Positions 1 to 10,400 of a stretch of 64,000 nucleotides of DNA are shown one piece after another; within the stretch, counting starts at the first letter, position 1; every line of letters starts with the position of its first letter. Below the pieces are notes generated by a model that saw only the letters and a list, made by a program, of their open reading frames with translations, was not told the origin of the DNA and did not search any database. Location: positions 28 to 64,027 of the forward strand of contig PMCS01000024.1 of the NCBI GenBank assembly GCA_003154195.1, read 5' to 3'. The position numbers and the translations under genes are program-made. The DNA comes from Candidatus Omnitrophota bacterium. Lineage in GTDB: Bacteria; Omnitrophota; Gorgyraeia; Duberdicusellales; 4484-171.

Positions 1-9
1 TTTTTGGTT

Positions 10-879
10 CTATGCTTTTTCAGGTTTTACGCTATTCAACTTGCATTGATGTTTTTCAAATTTCTCCAGCGCGCGCTTCTCCTCAGGGATGAACCGTTTT
101 AAGCGGCCGGCCAAGTCATCAAAATCTACCAGATGGCCGTCGAAATCCGGTCCGTCGACGCAGCAAAGCCTTATTCTGCCGTTTTCCAGCAGGCGGCAGC
201 AGCCGCACATGCCGGTTCCGTCGAGCATTATCGCGTTCAGGCATACCAGCGTTTTTATCTTGAAAGGTTTTGTAATGTCGGCGATTGCTTTCATCATCGG
301 CACGGGGCCGACGCAATAACAAAGCGCGAAATCCGTCTCTTCCCTGAGAATTTCTTCCAGGATATTACTGACAAATCCTTTTTGACCGAGCGAGCCGTCG
401 TCGGTGGCGATAAATAATTTATCGCAATATCGTTCGATTTCGTTTTTAAGAATAAGCAATTCTTCGGTGCGGGAGCCTAAAATCGAATACACCATATTTC
501 CCGCTTGCTTTAACACACGCGCGATGGGAAATAGTTCGGCGATGCCGACGCCGCCGGCGATCAGTAAAATTTTTCCGTAATTTTTTATCAACGTGGGATG
601 ACCCAGGGGTCCGGTCAGCGAATAAAGCGAGTCGCCGGCACTTAGCTTAGCCAGCAGTTTTGTCGAATACCCCGCTTCCTGGACAATCAGAGTAATCGAT
701 CCTTCCTTTTTATCGGAATCGACGATGGTAAGGGGTATCTTTTCCCCTTCTTCGTTTACAATCAAAATAATAAATTGTCCGGGTTGGGCGTTAGCGGCAA
801 TAACCGGCGAGTGAATTACGTATTTGGTGATTCGGCTGCCCGGGATATCGGCGATGACTTCCTTGGCGAGTATTTTCAT
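10..879 (-). CDS. NfnA/SudB-like FAD/NAD-binding ferredoxin-NADP reductase subunit
   Basis: QPGQF, IPLTI, GPLG, AGGVGIA, VGPVPMM and DGTGMCGCCR...CVDGP [2Fe-2S] motifs. Confidence 0.85.
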   Translation of the reverse strand: MKILAKEVIADIPGSRITKYVIHSPVIAANAQPGQFIILIVNEEGEKIPLTIVDSDKKEGSITLIVQEAGYSTKLLAKLSAGDSLYSLTGPLGHPTLIKNYGKILLIAGGVGIAELFPIARVLKQAGNMVYSILGSRTEELLILKNEIERYCDKLFIATDDGSLGQKGFVSNILEEILREETDFALCYCVGPVPMMKAIADITKPFKIKTLVCLNAIMLDGTGMCGCCRLLENGRIRLCCVDGPDFDGHLVDFDDLAGRLKRFIPEEKRALEKFEKHQCKLNSVKPEKA

Positions 880-1574
880 TTATTATGAAAATCCTGCGCG
901 AGGATTATCGCTTCGGCAATTTCGCGCATCGTTTTACGCATATTCATACTGCACTTACGCAATCTCGTGTAGGCCTCTTCTTCGGAAATCTTTTCCTGTT
1001 TCATTAAGATTCCTTTCGCCCGTTCGATTTTTTTACGCGCTTCAAGCTCTTCCTGAATAACCCGGCTTTGCATCATCAGCTGAGCGTTTTCGATGGCGAT
1101 TGCCCCCTGGTTGGCGACAGTAGTCAACATATTAACTTCGGTTTCGCTGAAATCGTGCGGAGATGTCGTATAGCAATTAAGGACGCCGATTACTTTACCT
1201 TTAACCGCCAGGGGAACGCAAAGAAGCGAACAAAGTTTTTCTTTTTTAGCGATTGAACTGTATTTATATTCTTTTTCTTTTTTTACATCCTTGATGATGA
1301 TCGGCTGGTTGGTCTGCGCCGCCTTTCCGGCAATGCCTTCGCCTGATTTTAACGGGGGCTTTTTGTTGTATTCTTCGCTGATACTTTGAGTGGCGCGAAT
1401 GATCAGCTCATTATTTTCATTGAGGAGCATCAGGGAGCATATTTTTGAATTCATCATTTCCGCCGTGACGGTGACGATGAGACGCAGGATGTCGTCGAGG
1501 TAAAAATCAGAAACGATTGCCTTGCTGATTTTCGATAACGCTTTTATTTGTTCGTCGAAAGGCATGTTATTCAT
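876..1574 (-). CDS. GAF + ANTAR domain RNA-binding antitermination regulator
   Basis: GAF (GEGIAG, LCVPL, GVLN) followed by ANTAR signature RKKIERAKGILM...EEAY..LR..SM..RKTM.EIAE; ATG start at 1574 preferred over GTG at 1589. Confidence 0.88.
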   Translation of the reverse strand: MNNMPFDEQIKALSKISKAIVSDFYLDDILRLIVTVTAEMMNSKICSLMLLNENNELIIRATQSISEEYNKKPPLKSGEGIAGKAAQTNQPIIIKDVKKEKEYKYSSIAKKEKLCSLLCVPLAVKGKVIGVLNCYTTSPHDFSETEVNMLTTVANQGAIAIENAQLMMQSRVIQEELEARKKIERAKGILMKQEKISEEEAYTRLRKCSMNMRKTMREIAEAIILAQDFHNK

Positions 1575-1644
1575 TATTCGCTGCCCCACAGTAACGGTAT
1601 GTGTAAAACGCGGTGGCCGTTAAAAACAACCCGGGTAAAACATT

Positions 1645-1672
1645 ATTGTAATTACCTGAAAGCTAATGTCAA
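1645..1672 (-). promoter_or_regulatory. sigma70-type promoter for the GAF-ANTAR/nfnA operon
   Basis: TTGACA-16 nt-TACAAT on the minus strand. Confidence 0.6.
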
Positions 1673-1730
1673 TCCTTTTTTGCATCCTTTTCTTAGCGAT
1701 TTTATCCCGGCGTCGGAAGGTAGTAAAGCT

Positions 1731-2639
1731 TCATAGAATCTTAGCGTCTTTAAGGGTTTGGATAAAGGCGTCAGCTAACGCGGGGTCGAATTGTTTCCCT
1801 TTATTTTTTTCAATTTCTCCGACCGCGTCGGGGATGGGAAAAGCATTTTTATAATCCCTTCCCGTAACCAGCGCGTCAAAGACATCGGCGAGAGAGATGA
1901 TGCGCGCGCCTAAGGGGATCATCGTTCCCGCCAGGCCGTGCGGGTAGCCGGTCCCGTCGAATCTTTCGTGGTGGTGAAGGATATCGGGAATGATATCCTT
2001 AAATTCTTCGAGCGGCTCCAGTATCTTGGCGCTGATTACCTCATGCTCTTTTATTATGCTAAATTCGTCATCATTCAGCTTACCTTTTTTATGCAGGATC
2101 CCGTCCGGTATGCCGATTTTTCCCAAATCGTGCAATAACGCGGCTTTCCGTATCCGTTCGATTTCCCCGGCGCTCAAGTTTAATTTTTCCGCCAGGGCTA
2201 CGGCGTATTTGCAAACCCGCTGGGAATGGCCGGTAGTATACGGATCCTTCGATTCCAGCGCCGCGACCAGAGAATTGATGAGCTCAAAGTAGACATTTTT
2301 TATTTTTTGTTCCTGGTTCTTAAGTTTTTCCATTGCCGTAAGCAATTCGCAGATTCTGTCTTCAGCGTCAAGATATAAGGAAGATATCCCGTTTTCGGCA
2401 CTCTTTGTTTTTTGTCCGGAGAGGTAAATGGTATCGCTGGGAAAAAAAGATATTTCCTCCGGCATTTTTTCCATAGTCTCCACAAAAAAAGGCAGGATGC
2501 TGTTGATATCAGCACCGTATTTTAATTCCATCGCCCCGGTTTTTATCTTTAATTTCATCTTTTTTTCAAAAAGAAGCGTTTTGACGGCCTGGTGTATTCT
2601 GATCACGTCGTCTTTATGTGCCAGCAGCCCCAGGATCAA
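1731..2639 (-). CDS. HD-GYP c-di-GMP phosphodiesterase (probably the 3' half of a frameshifted CHASE2 fusion)
   Basis: KDPYT.GHS.RV, LLHDLGK, HHERFDGTGYP; TTG start with no obvious RBS. Confidence 0.85.
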   Translation of the reverse strand: MILGLLAHKDDVIRIHQAVKTLLFEKKMKLKIKTGAMELKYGADINSILPFFVETMEKMPEEISFFPSDTIYLSGQKTKSAENGISSLYLDAEDRICELLTAMEKLKNQEQKIKNVYFELINSLVAALESKDPYTTGHSQRVCKYAVALAEKLNLSAGEIERIRKAALLHDLGKIGIPDGILHKKGKLNDDEFSIIKEHEVISAKILEPLEEFKDIIPDILHHHERFDGTGYPHGLAGTMIPLGARIISLADVFDALVTGRDYKNAFPIPDAVGEIEKNKGKQFDPALADAFIQTLKDAKIL

Positions 2640-4003
2640 GTCTTCTCCCGCGTTTGACCATGTTTAGCGTAAGCGAATAAGGTTTGGGAAACGCTTTGCC
2701 AGAAATCTTTTATTTGCGAAAAGGCGGCTTCTTCCAACAGGGCGCCGCTTCCTTTAATGGTAACCGCGATTAAGTATTTTTCCCGGCGGGGAATCGCTTT
2801 GGCCGCGAAATTCACCCGTTCGCAAAAATAACGTACATTGGCTAAATTGGTCAACGGGTCGGTAAACATTTTATTTTTTATTTTATCAAGATAGGCGCGG
2901 AAACTGAAATATAATAAGATATTGCCGGCGATTAAGTAAAGAGCAAGCAGGGCGATCAGTTTATCTACGGGAAAGCTCCACCCGGCGAATTTTAGCAACA
3001 CGTGAAGCCCCAGGAGAGATGCCGTTATTCCCACTAAGCCGAACCAGGCGCTTTCTAAAAATGAAAAATTTACCATGGCGGTTCCCGCGGCAAATAACGC
3101 CACGGCAAAAATTATAAAGGTAAGGTAATCCGGCAAGGGCTTTACAAACTTATCTTCCAGGATATCGACAATGCCGTTGATGTGGACAAAAACGCCGGGA
3201 GTTCTTCCCAGCGGGGTCAGCATGATGTCATGGATTATTTCCGAAGTGGCGGCCATTAGAACGATTTTTCCTTCAAACGTATTTTTGGGAAAATTACGCG
3301 ATAGCAAATCGGTGAACGATATTGCGGCAATATCCGCTGGTTTTACCAGATAGAGTATGTCCATTGCCCTATTTTTATCGACCGGTAGCTTCTTGTCGGC
3401 GAGCGCGATATGGTTTTCGCCTTCCGCAGGAGATGAATCGTAAAATTGCGCGGCGAGTTTTACCGCGAAAGAAAAATCGGCAAAGTTTCGAAGTTGGATA
3501 TCGGCGTATAGCCGGCGGACGACATTATCATTATCGGCAGGAGCATTAATAAATCCGTTGACGGCATTCGATTTAAATTTTTCGCTGGGATACGCTGGAG
3601 CGCTAACCCCATCGATGTTATCAATACGGTAAGCAAGGATTACTTTGCCGTAGAAGCGCTTAAGGGTTTCGGCTAGTTTTATGTCGTCGTCGCCTGAGCC
3701 GCTTTCTCCGGCCAAGATCAGGTCGATGCCGACGACCTTGGCTTTTTCTTCATCCAGGATATTGAGCGCTTGGGCATATAGCGAACGTAAAAACGGCCAT
3801 TTTTGGTTTATTTTTTGCAGGGAGCGGTCGTCAATTGCGACTAAAACTATATTTTTTGCCGCGGCGGTATTTTTTTTATTGAGCCGATAAAAGATGTTGG
3901 CGGAAAGATTATCGCAAAACCAGCCGTAGCGCGTAAAGGGCAGGGGAAAAATCAATAAAAACAAGCAGCCGGTAATAATGAGGCGGGAGTATTTTTTTAT
4001 CAC
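2636..4003 (-). CDS. CHASE2 sensor domain with TM helices and start of a degenerate GGDEF-like domain
   Basis: IVLVAIDD, WPF.RS.YA, DNDNVVRR, TPLG.TPGV..H, three TM helices, TDPLTNLAN. Confidence 0.8.
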   Translation of the reverse strand: MIKKYSRLIITGCLFLLIFPLPFTRYGWFCDNLSANIFYRLNKKNTAAAKNIVLVAIDDRSLQKINQKWPFLRSLYAQALNILDEEKAKVVGIDLILAGESGSGDDDIKLAETLKRFYGKVILAYRIDNIDGVSAPAYPSEKFKSNAVNGFINAPADNDNVVRRLYADIQLRNFADFSFAVKLAAQFYDSSPAEGENHIALADKKLPVDKNRAMDILYLVKPADIAAISFTDLLSRNFPKNTFEGKIVLMAATSEIIHDIMLTPLGRTPGVFVHINGIVDILEDKFVKPLPDYLTFIIFAVALFAAGTAMVNFSFLESAWFGLVGITASLLGLHVLLKFAGWSFPVDKLIALLALYLIAGNILLYFSFRAYLDKIKNKMFTDPLTNLANVRYFCERVNFAAKAIPRREKYLIAVTIKGSGALLEEAAFSQIKDFWQSVSQTLFAYAKHGQTREKT

Positions 4004-4092
4004 AGCAATTGCGTTGATTTCAATCCGTTTGCTGACAGTGTTAATTTAAGAAAACCGGTTTTTTTCTTACAGTATGCCGCGTATTACGGAAA

Positions 4093-4773
4093 TTAATTTA
4101 CAGGATAAGGGGAACAGTAGGAAACTTTCCCACCGGAATCAGCAGCGGTACAATTAAGCTGTTGGTTACCCGGCAATAAGCCTATCGCGTATGGCTTGAC
4201 TGCTCCAGTACCATAGTGTTTATGCCGGTCGGTTAGTTCATCTACTGCGCTAAAAGTAGTACCGGCCGCGTTGCAATCAGCAACCACAGGCACATTGAGG
4301 CCGGGGCTAGCGGCCCAGCTGCGGTATTGAGCGAGAGTAAGCGGGCCGCCAGCTGGCTTGTATACCCCATAGGAGTTTTCTCCCGCCGCCGCCTTCGGGC
4401 ACTTTAGATTTTGCCACCGCGCTCCGGCAAATTTACTTAGCCAGGTCTGGGCATAGGCAAGGCCGCTTTCCTGGATATCTACAATAAAATAAGCCAATTT
4501 AACCTGCCAGCCGGCTTTTTTCATGACTCTGTCCCAGGCGTAGCGGATATCTTTATCGGGAAGCTCACTCAAAGTAGCGGGCATCAGGTTTTTTTCCAGG
4601 GTATAAGCATCTACCGCTCCCGTAAGCACTTCCAGGTTGGTTTTGCAGACTTTGCTCTTGGAATCCTCCAGGACGTTCTGGTAGGTCGGATAAGCGATGG
4701 TAGCCAGCACTCCGACGATGATAAGCGAGATGACTATCTCGACAAGGGTAAAATTATTTCTTTTTTTTCTCAT
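4093..4773 (-). CDS. prepilin-type N-methylation domain protein (type IV pilin/pseudopilin-like)
   Basis: Basic leader followed by FTLVEIVISLIIVGVLATIAYP; GGAGG RBS. Confidence 0.8.
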   Translation of the reverse strand: MRKKRNNFTLVEIVISLIIVGVLATIAYPTYQNVLEDSKSKVCKTNLEVLTGAVDAYTLEKNLMPATLSELPDKDIRYAWDRVMKKAGWQVKLAYFIVDIQESGLAYAQTWLSKFAGARWQNLKCPKAAAGENSYGVYKPAGGPLTLAQYRSWAASPGLNVPVVADCNAAGTTFSAVDELTDRHKHYGTGAVKPYAIGLLPGNQQLNCTAADSGGKVSYCSPYPVN

Positions 4774-4880
4774 TTTTGCCTCCGTGGTAGAAATAGCTTA
4801 AGATACTTTTGATACTACTTTTTGTTATCACTACCCCTGATTAATTATACCATTTATCCGCAAAAGAAACCAAAGGATAT

Positions 4881-5633
4881 TTAAGTAATTTGGTTTTCCA
4901 ATTCACCGATGCCTTCAATTTCTACTTTCGCATGGTCTCCTCTTTTCATCGGCCCTACACCGGGCGGCGTTCCGGTGGCGATAACGTCGCCGGGCAGGAT
5001 GGTCATTATTTTCGAAATAAAGGAAATAATGAACGGCGCAGAAAAGATGAAATTTTTCGTAGAAGAGTCTTGTTTGATTTCTTCATTAAGATAAAGGCGG
5101 ATATTCAAATCAGCAGGGTTAATCTTTGTTTCCAACCACGGCCCCAGCGGGCAAAATGTATCGAAGGATTTGGCTCTTGTCCACTGGCCGTCTTTTCTTT
5201 GTAAATCGCGCGCGGTTACGTCATTAAGGCAAGTATAGCCCAGGACATATCCGGCGTAATCTTTTTCTTTTATCTTCCGGCCTTTCTTTTTTATAACGAT
5301 GCCCAGCTCCGCTTCGTAGTCGAGCTGTCCGACGCCGCCAGGGTAAACGATTTTTTCTTCCGGCCCGATCATGGCCGTCGGCGGTTTTAAAAAAATAATC
5401 GGTTCGTCCGGTATTTTCATGCCCAATTCCGCGGCGTGGTCTTTATAATTTAACCCTACGCAGATTATCTTGGAGGGCGTTGCCGGGGCGAGAAGTTTTA
5501 CTTTATCCCGTGGTATTTCTGTTGAGGTCAATATTATCTTTTTATATGGTTCCCCCGTAATCAGGGTGATAGTTTCCTTTTTGACAATCCCCCAATTTAT
5601 TTGTTTTTTATATAGGAACCTGGCGATTTTCAT
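4881..5633 (-). CDS. fumarylacetoacetate hydrolase family protein
   Basis: GLNY..HA.E, FLKP, DYEAEL, NDVTARDLQ, KSFDTF, TGTP.GVG. Confidence 0.92.
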   Translation of the reverse strand: MKIARFLYKKQINWGIVKKETITLITGEPYKKIILTSTEIPRDKVKLLAPATPSKIICVGLNYKDHAAELGMKIPDEPIIFLKPPTAMIGPEEKIVYPGGVGQLDYEAELGIVIKKKGRKIKEKDYAGYVLGYTCLNDVTARDLQRKDGQWTRAKSFDTFCPLGPWLETKINPADLNIRLYLNEEIKQDSSTKNFIFSAPFIISFISKIMTILPGDVIATGTPPGVGPMKRGDHAKVEIEGIGELENQIT

Positions 5634-5659
5634 TTTTATATAATTTATCGAATTGCGCT

Positions 5660-5768
5660 GTAGGGGCGAGGCACGCCCCGCCCTCTACGATTTATGATTT
5701 GTTTAATTTTTTTACCCAATTAGGGATATCGATTATTTTTTAGAGGGTCGGGCATGCCCGACCCCTAC
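5660..5768. repeat. inverted pair of GTAG-type REP palindromes
   Basis: GTAGGGGCGAGGCACGCCCCGCCCTCTAC (5660-5688, plus) and GTAGGGGTCGGGCATGCCCGACCCTCTA (5768-5741, minus). Confidence 0.75.
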
Positions 5769-7145
5769 AGGATTGCGCAAGGTATACAAATTACTTACCG
5801 TTGCCACGAATTCGGGAAATGATTTATCGATACAGCTCAAGTCGTCAATCGATGAACCGGATCCGCAGGCCATGGCGAAAACAATCATGCTCATCGCAGT
5901 GCGATGGTCATGATGGCTGACGAAATGAGCCCCGTCATAGCTCTCTTTACCTTTAACAATCATCATCCAATCGTCTTTACCGTCCGGTTTATCGGCAATA
6001 TCCACGCCGGCGCCTCGCAAATTAGAGACCATTGACGCGATACGGTCGGTTTCTTTAATCCGCAGTTCTTTTATCCCCTCGATCCGGGTTATCCCCTGGG
6101 CGAACGCCGCGGCGACGCAAAGAATGGGAATTTCATCAATCATCAGAGGAATCTCCTCCCGCTTAACCGTCGCCCCTTTAAGCCGGGAAGCTTCCGCGAT
6201 AATGTCGGCATACGGTTCGTAGGCCGCTCGTTTATTGACAATTTTTATTTTTGCGCCCATGCGTTTTAAAACATTAAGCAAACCGCAGCGTGTAGGATTA
6301 ATGTTGACATTTTTAATTGTGACCGCTGATTTTTTTAGAATCAGCGCCAGAACAATTAAAAATGCCGCCGAGGAAAAATCCGCCGGGATAAATATCTTAC
6401 CGGGTGTACACAGTTTTTTTACCGGCCGGCAGGTTACCTTACGCCCGGCGATTTTTATTTTAGCTTTAAAAAGTTTCAGCATCCGCTCAGTATGGTCACG
6501 CGAATGGAATGGCTCGATGACTGTTGTTTTTTTATCGGCATAGAGCGACGCGAATAGGATTGCCGATTTTACCTGGGCGCTGGCTATTTCGAGTTTAAAT
6601 GTTTTTCCTTTCAAGTGTTTAACCGGCCGTATTACCAGCGGCGGAAAAATATTATCTTTAAACGGCTCGCCTCGCGGCGTCCGCCTCGGCGAGCCTTCGG
6701 CGAGACGGGAAGCCGAGGGCGAGCCGGAGATATTGGCTCCCATCTTGCGCAGTGGTTCGACAATTCGTTTCATCGGCCGCCGCGCCAGTGACGGCTCGGC
6801 ATCAAAAAGAACGTCGAATTTTTGTCCGGCGAGTATTCCGCTTAAAATTCTCATTGTCGTGCCGGATTCCCTGGCGTAAAGATTTACCGTAGGAACGGGG
6901 GGCAAATAGAGCATCCCCTTTCCTTCGACGATAAGCGTATTGTCGTCGCGCAACTCTGCTGAAATGCCCAGGCGTTTCATGCAATCAAGGGTAGCCAGGG
7001 TGTCGTTGCTGCGTAAAAATGGCTTGATCACGGTTTTGCCCTTGCACAAGGATGCCATGAGCAGAGCCCGGTGGGAGATGGATTTATCCGGGGGTATTGT
7101 AACCGTTGTTTTTATTCCTGAGAGGGGTTTGATTATAAAGGCCAT
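5733..7145 (-). CDS. aroA: 3-phosphoshikimate 1-carboxyvinyltransferase with ~20-aa palindrome-encoded insertion
   Basis: DKSISHRA, SGTTMR, SAQVKSA, SRDHTERM, ELRIKETDRI, DHRTAM, KSFPEF. Confidence 0.95.
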   Translation of the reverse strand: MAFIIKPLSGIKTTVTIPPDKSISHRALLMASLCKGKTVIKPFLRSNDTLATLDCMKRLGISAELRDDNTLIVEGKGMLYLPPVPTVNLYARESGTTMRILSGILAGQKFDVLFDAEPSLARRPMKRIVEPLRKMGANISGSPSASRLAEGSPRRTPRGEPFKDNIFPPLVIRPVKHLKGKTFKLEIASAQVKSAILFASLYADKKTTVIEPFHSRDHTERMLKLFKAKIKIAGRKVTCRPVKKLCTPGKIFIPADFSSAAFLIVLALILKKSAVTIKNVNINPTRCGLLNVLKRMGAKIKIVNKRAAYEPYADIIAEASRLKGATVKREEIPLMIDEIPILCVAAAFAQGITRIEGIKELRIKETDRIASMVSNLRGAGVDIADKPDGKDDWMMIVKGKESYDGAHFVSHHDHRTAMSMIVFAMACGSGSSIDDLSCIDKSFPEFVATVSNLYTLRNPVGVGHARPSKK

Positions 7146-7204
7146 GGAAGCTATTTTACAGGAAGTAGTGAAATTTGGGAAGGGAAAAATAAAACCAAAA
7201 GCTT

Positions 7205-7375
7205 TACCACTAAGTCACTAAAACACGAAGACACGAATAATATAAAAACTCATTTTATATTGTTCATTGACCATTTAACGTTTTAAATTTTTAAAAATGA
7301 TAAATGACCAACGTCCAATGATATTTTTAAAATGAATTTGTTGTTTTTCTTTGTGTACCTTGTGTCTTGGTGGTA
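7205..7375. repeat. periodic-arm inverted repeat (8-nt units) with a second hairpin nested inside
   Basis: cactaagt-cactaaaa-cacgaaga-cacgaa ... ctttgtgt-accttgtgt-cttggtggta; related arms at 26647-26828, 38396, 39540, 51290-51316. Confidence 0.75.
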
Positions 7376-7461
7376 CGATTTAGGTTTTAATTTTTTAGTT
7401 TTTAAAATCCTTTTCTTTACCTGTGATCATCGGCATCATCTAATCAGCGATCATCCGCGTT

Positions 7462-10400
7462 TTACGGTAATGACGCAAACTGTGCTAACGATATAATCTG
7501 CTTCATCGAAACAATCCGAAACGTCAGCCGGTCGAAGAAATCCGGCCCGACTGCCGCAAATTCCATCTTCTGCGATGTGGGGCTGGAGGCCACCTGAATA
7601 CCGGACATCTTGATACCGCCGGGGGAACTGGTAACTTCCACAGGTTTTTCTGCTCCGGCGTTGCTGCCTGCAGCCGTAATCACAAACTTCGGCTGAGTGC
7701 CTGAAGCATCAAGAGTTATCTCCGAGCCGGGATACTCTCCCTTAAGCTGCGCGATATATTCCTGAGCCTTAACTAAATCAAATGTAGACACTCCTCCTTT
7801 AAGAGTAACAGCAATCTCGTAACGGCCGGCAAGGGCCTCTTCAAACTCCTGGTTGGGACCGAAAACGCTCGTTGCGCCGTTAGCTCCGATGATACCTAAA
7901 AAAGTATGGATTGCATCATTTATCCTAATCGCATCAAGAACCGTCAACTTTTGAGCGGGGCTGGCAGCTGAGGTTTCTTCAACTATATTGATTATTCCTT
8001 GCCAATTACCCGCGGTAAGATGCTGAGCGTCTAAGGAATCTATCCTTACTTCTCTTGACTCTTTGCCTGCCGTCAAAGCTTCAAGATTGTTTCGATTGAT
8101 GATTAACGTCCGGTTGCCACCGATGCGCAAAACGTCAATTTCCTGCGGTAGGTCAGCTAAACGCATAATCCACGCGCCATAGCGCATAGCGTTAGAAAGC
8201 CCCTGATAAATTGTTTTCGCCGCGGCGGCAGAAATATCTTTTTCCACATATAAGGTCTTACCGTCTCTTTGTGCATCAACATTTTTATATTCCACTTGGT
8301 TATCGCGGGAGTTTTCAACAATAAGAACTATCTCTCGCCAATTACCCGCGTCAAGATACTGAGCGGATAAGGAATCTATCCTTACCTCTCTCGACTCTTT
8401 GCTTGTCGCCAAAACTTCGAGATTGTTTCGATTGATGATTAACGTCCGGTTGTCACCGATGCGCAAAACGTCAATTTCCTGCGGTAGGTCAGCTAAACGC
8501 ATAATCCACGCGCCATAGCGCATAGCGTTAGAAAGCCCCTGATAAATTGTTTTCGCCGCTTCGCCGGCAATAGCACTTTCGACACCTAAAGTCTTTCCGT
8601 CTTTTTCGACATCAACATCTCGATAGTGAACCGGGCTGGCGGCGCCGGCTGCGGTTTTTGTTTTTCCTGCCGTCAGTTGTCTTATGCCCGATTTTCCCTG
8701 TCCGGCACTGGCCGAACGGGAAACTCTCTTCCCAATCGCATTAATCCGCCAGAGTTCGCCTTCTACCGCAATAGACCATCCCCGCGCTTCAAGAGCTTGG
8801 CGGAAAGGCTCGAGGTCACTCAGTGAATTCATCCTAAAGCCTTCGTCGTTATAGACCACATCCCGGCTATCCGTGATAATAAAACTACTTCTATGGAGAC
8901 GGATAAAACTCACCAGACGCGCAAAGGTAAGATCCTTTCCTACGCCGAGCGCGTTTATCGCCTCGGCTAAGACGCTAAGAAACCTGGCAAAATACTTAAA
9001 TTCGTTGATACGCACTATACTTGGTGAACCTCTCCTGGCGTCGGCGCCGGAAAAAGAACGACCGCGCTTAGCTGCTACCCCGGTCGTAAAAAGTATCTCC
9101 CTGGGAGTGGCGCGATCCCCCGTCCCAAGGTTATGGATATCATCCACCGGGCTGGCGCTGGAGACGGATGCAAGGTCTTCACGTGCTTCTCGGGAAGGTT
9201 GCCATACGTCAATCGCTCTAATGGCATCAGCCAATTGCTTTTGGTAAGTTGTTGTTCCTACTGTTTTGAATATGGCGGCGTTGGCTAAAATTCTTGCCTC
9301 GTCCTGGTATAGTCGGCGTATCAAAGAAAGCCGCGACTGGAATTCTAAAACCAGTGGTCGATGCTGCGTCGCATATTCTCCCGCGGATAAGGCAGTTATT
9401 TTACCAAGCGGCATTATCACAAAAGAGCTCGGGACGCCTTTGTAGTATTCACTTTCTATCGTTGCCATATCCTCTGAGGCCATTCTTCTAACCATCTCAA
9501 TGCCTGCAGTCAAAGCCTTTTCTGGCATAATTCCCCTGGGTAAAACTACATCTACCGGCTGGCCAAAATAAGCCGCAAGGCTTTGGGTATCATAATCTTG
9601 CGCTGATTCTAAAACCGTTATTCTGTCCCCTGATGCTAAAAAAGCAAAGCGCGGCAAGCCGACCGATAACGCTGCGGCTATGCCAAATTTAAAAAGGTCG
9701 GGCCGGTTGGCAAGAAACTCTTCTTTGCTGGAGGCACCTATCCCAGCAACGATCTGCGAAACGGCTGCTTCTTTTATCGTATCGATGGCACTCTCGGAAT
9801 ATCGTCCATCAGCGCGTATCATTTCCCCTGAAGCAGCGATTTGTTCTTGTATTGCTGCTCCGATATTTTCAAAAAGTTTTTTACGGCTGGGAAGATCTGT
9901 TTTGTCTATTCTTGAAGTCGTGTTGACCGGGCTGGCGTTGGTCGAATCCCATAATTTCTTGATAATCATCGCGGCAAGCGTAACTGTGTCTTTTTTATCG
10001 CTATTGACTACCCCGTTCATGGTCAAGCGTTTTAACCATTTAAACATTGGCTCTTTAAATTGGTCTAAGCCTAAAACCATCACCCAGGTAACGGGATTGC
10101 TTTCTAAAAAAGCGGTAGGAACAGCATCGCTCCAATGACGGGGGACTCCTATAGTCCAGCCGCCTCGATGTAACGACATAATCAAATCCCTGCCAAAGGT
10201 TTGTTCTAAAAGGTCGTCCTTTTGGTCTTGTCGCAAAGCAAACCTTAACGCGTACTCGGAAATAAAGACTTTTTTCACTCTTGATGTTGCAATCGGCGGC
10301 AGGAGCTTTACCATTTCCCCGGCCGCGTCATAATTAGCACCCTGGGTTTCTCTCATTGCCGTCTTTATCGCTCTAAGTTCGTCTTTTATTTCTCTCAAGG

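Noticed and set aside
1575-1645. ANTAR dual-hairpin target in the leader
   Set aside because: No pair of short stems with hexaloops and no terminator could be found by eye.
8084-8559. Repeat pair as a DGR template/variable region
   Set aside because: Both copies are in-frame coding, flank mismatches are not adenine-specific, and no reverse transcriptase is visible.
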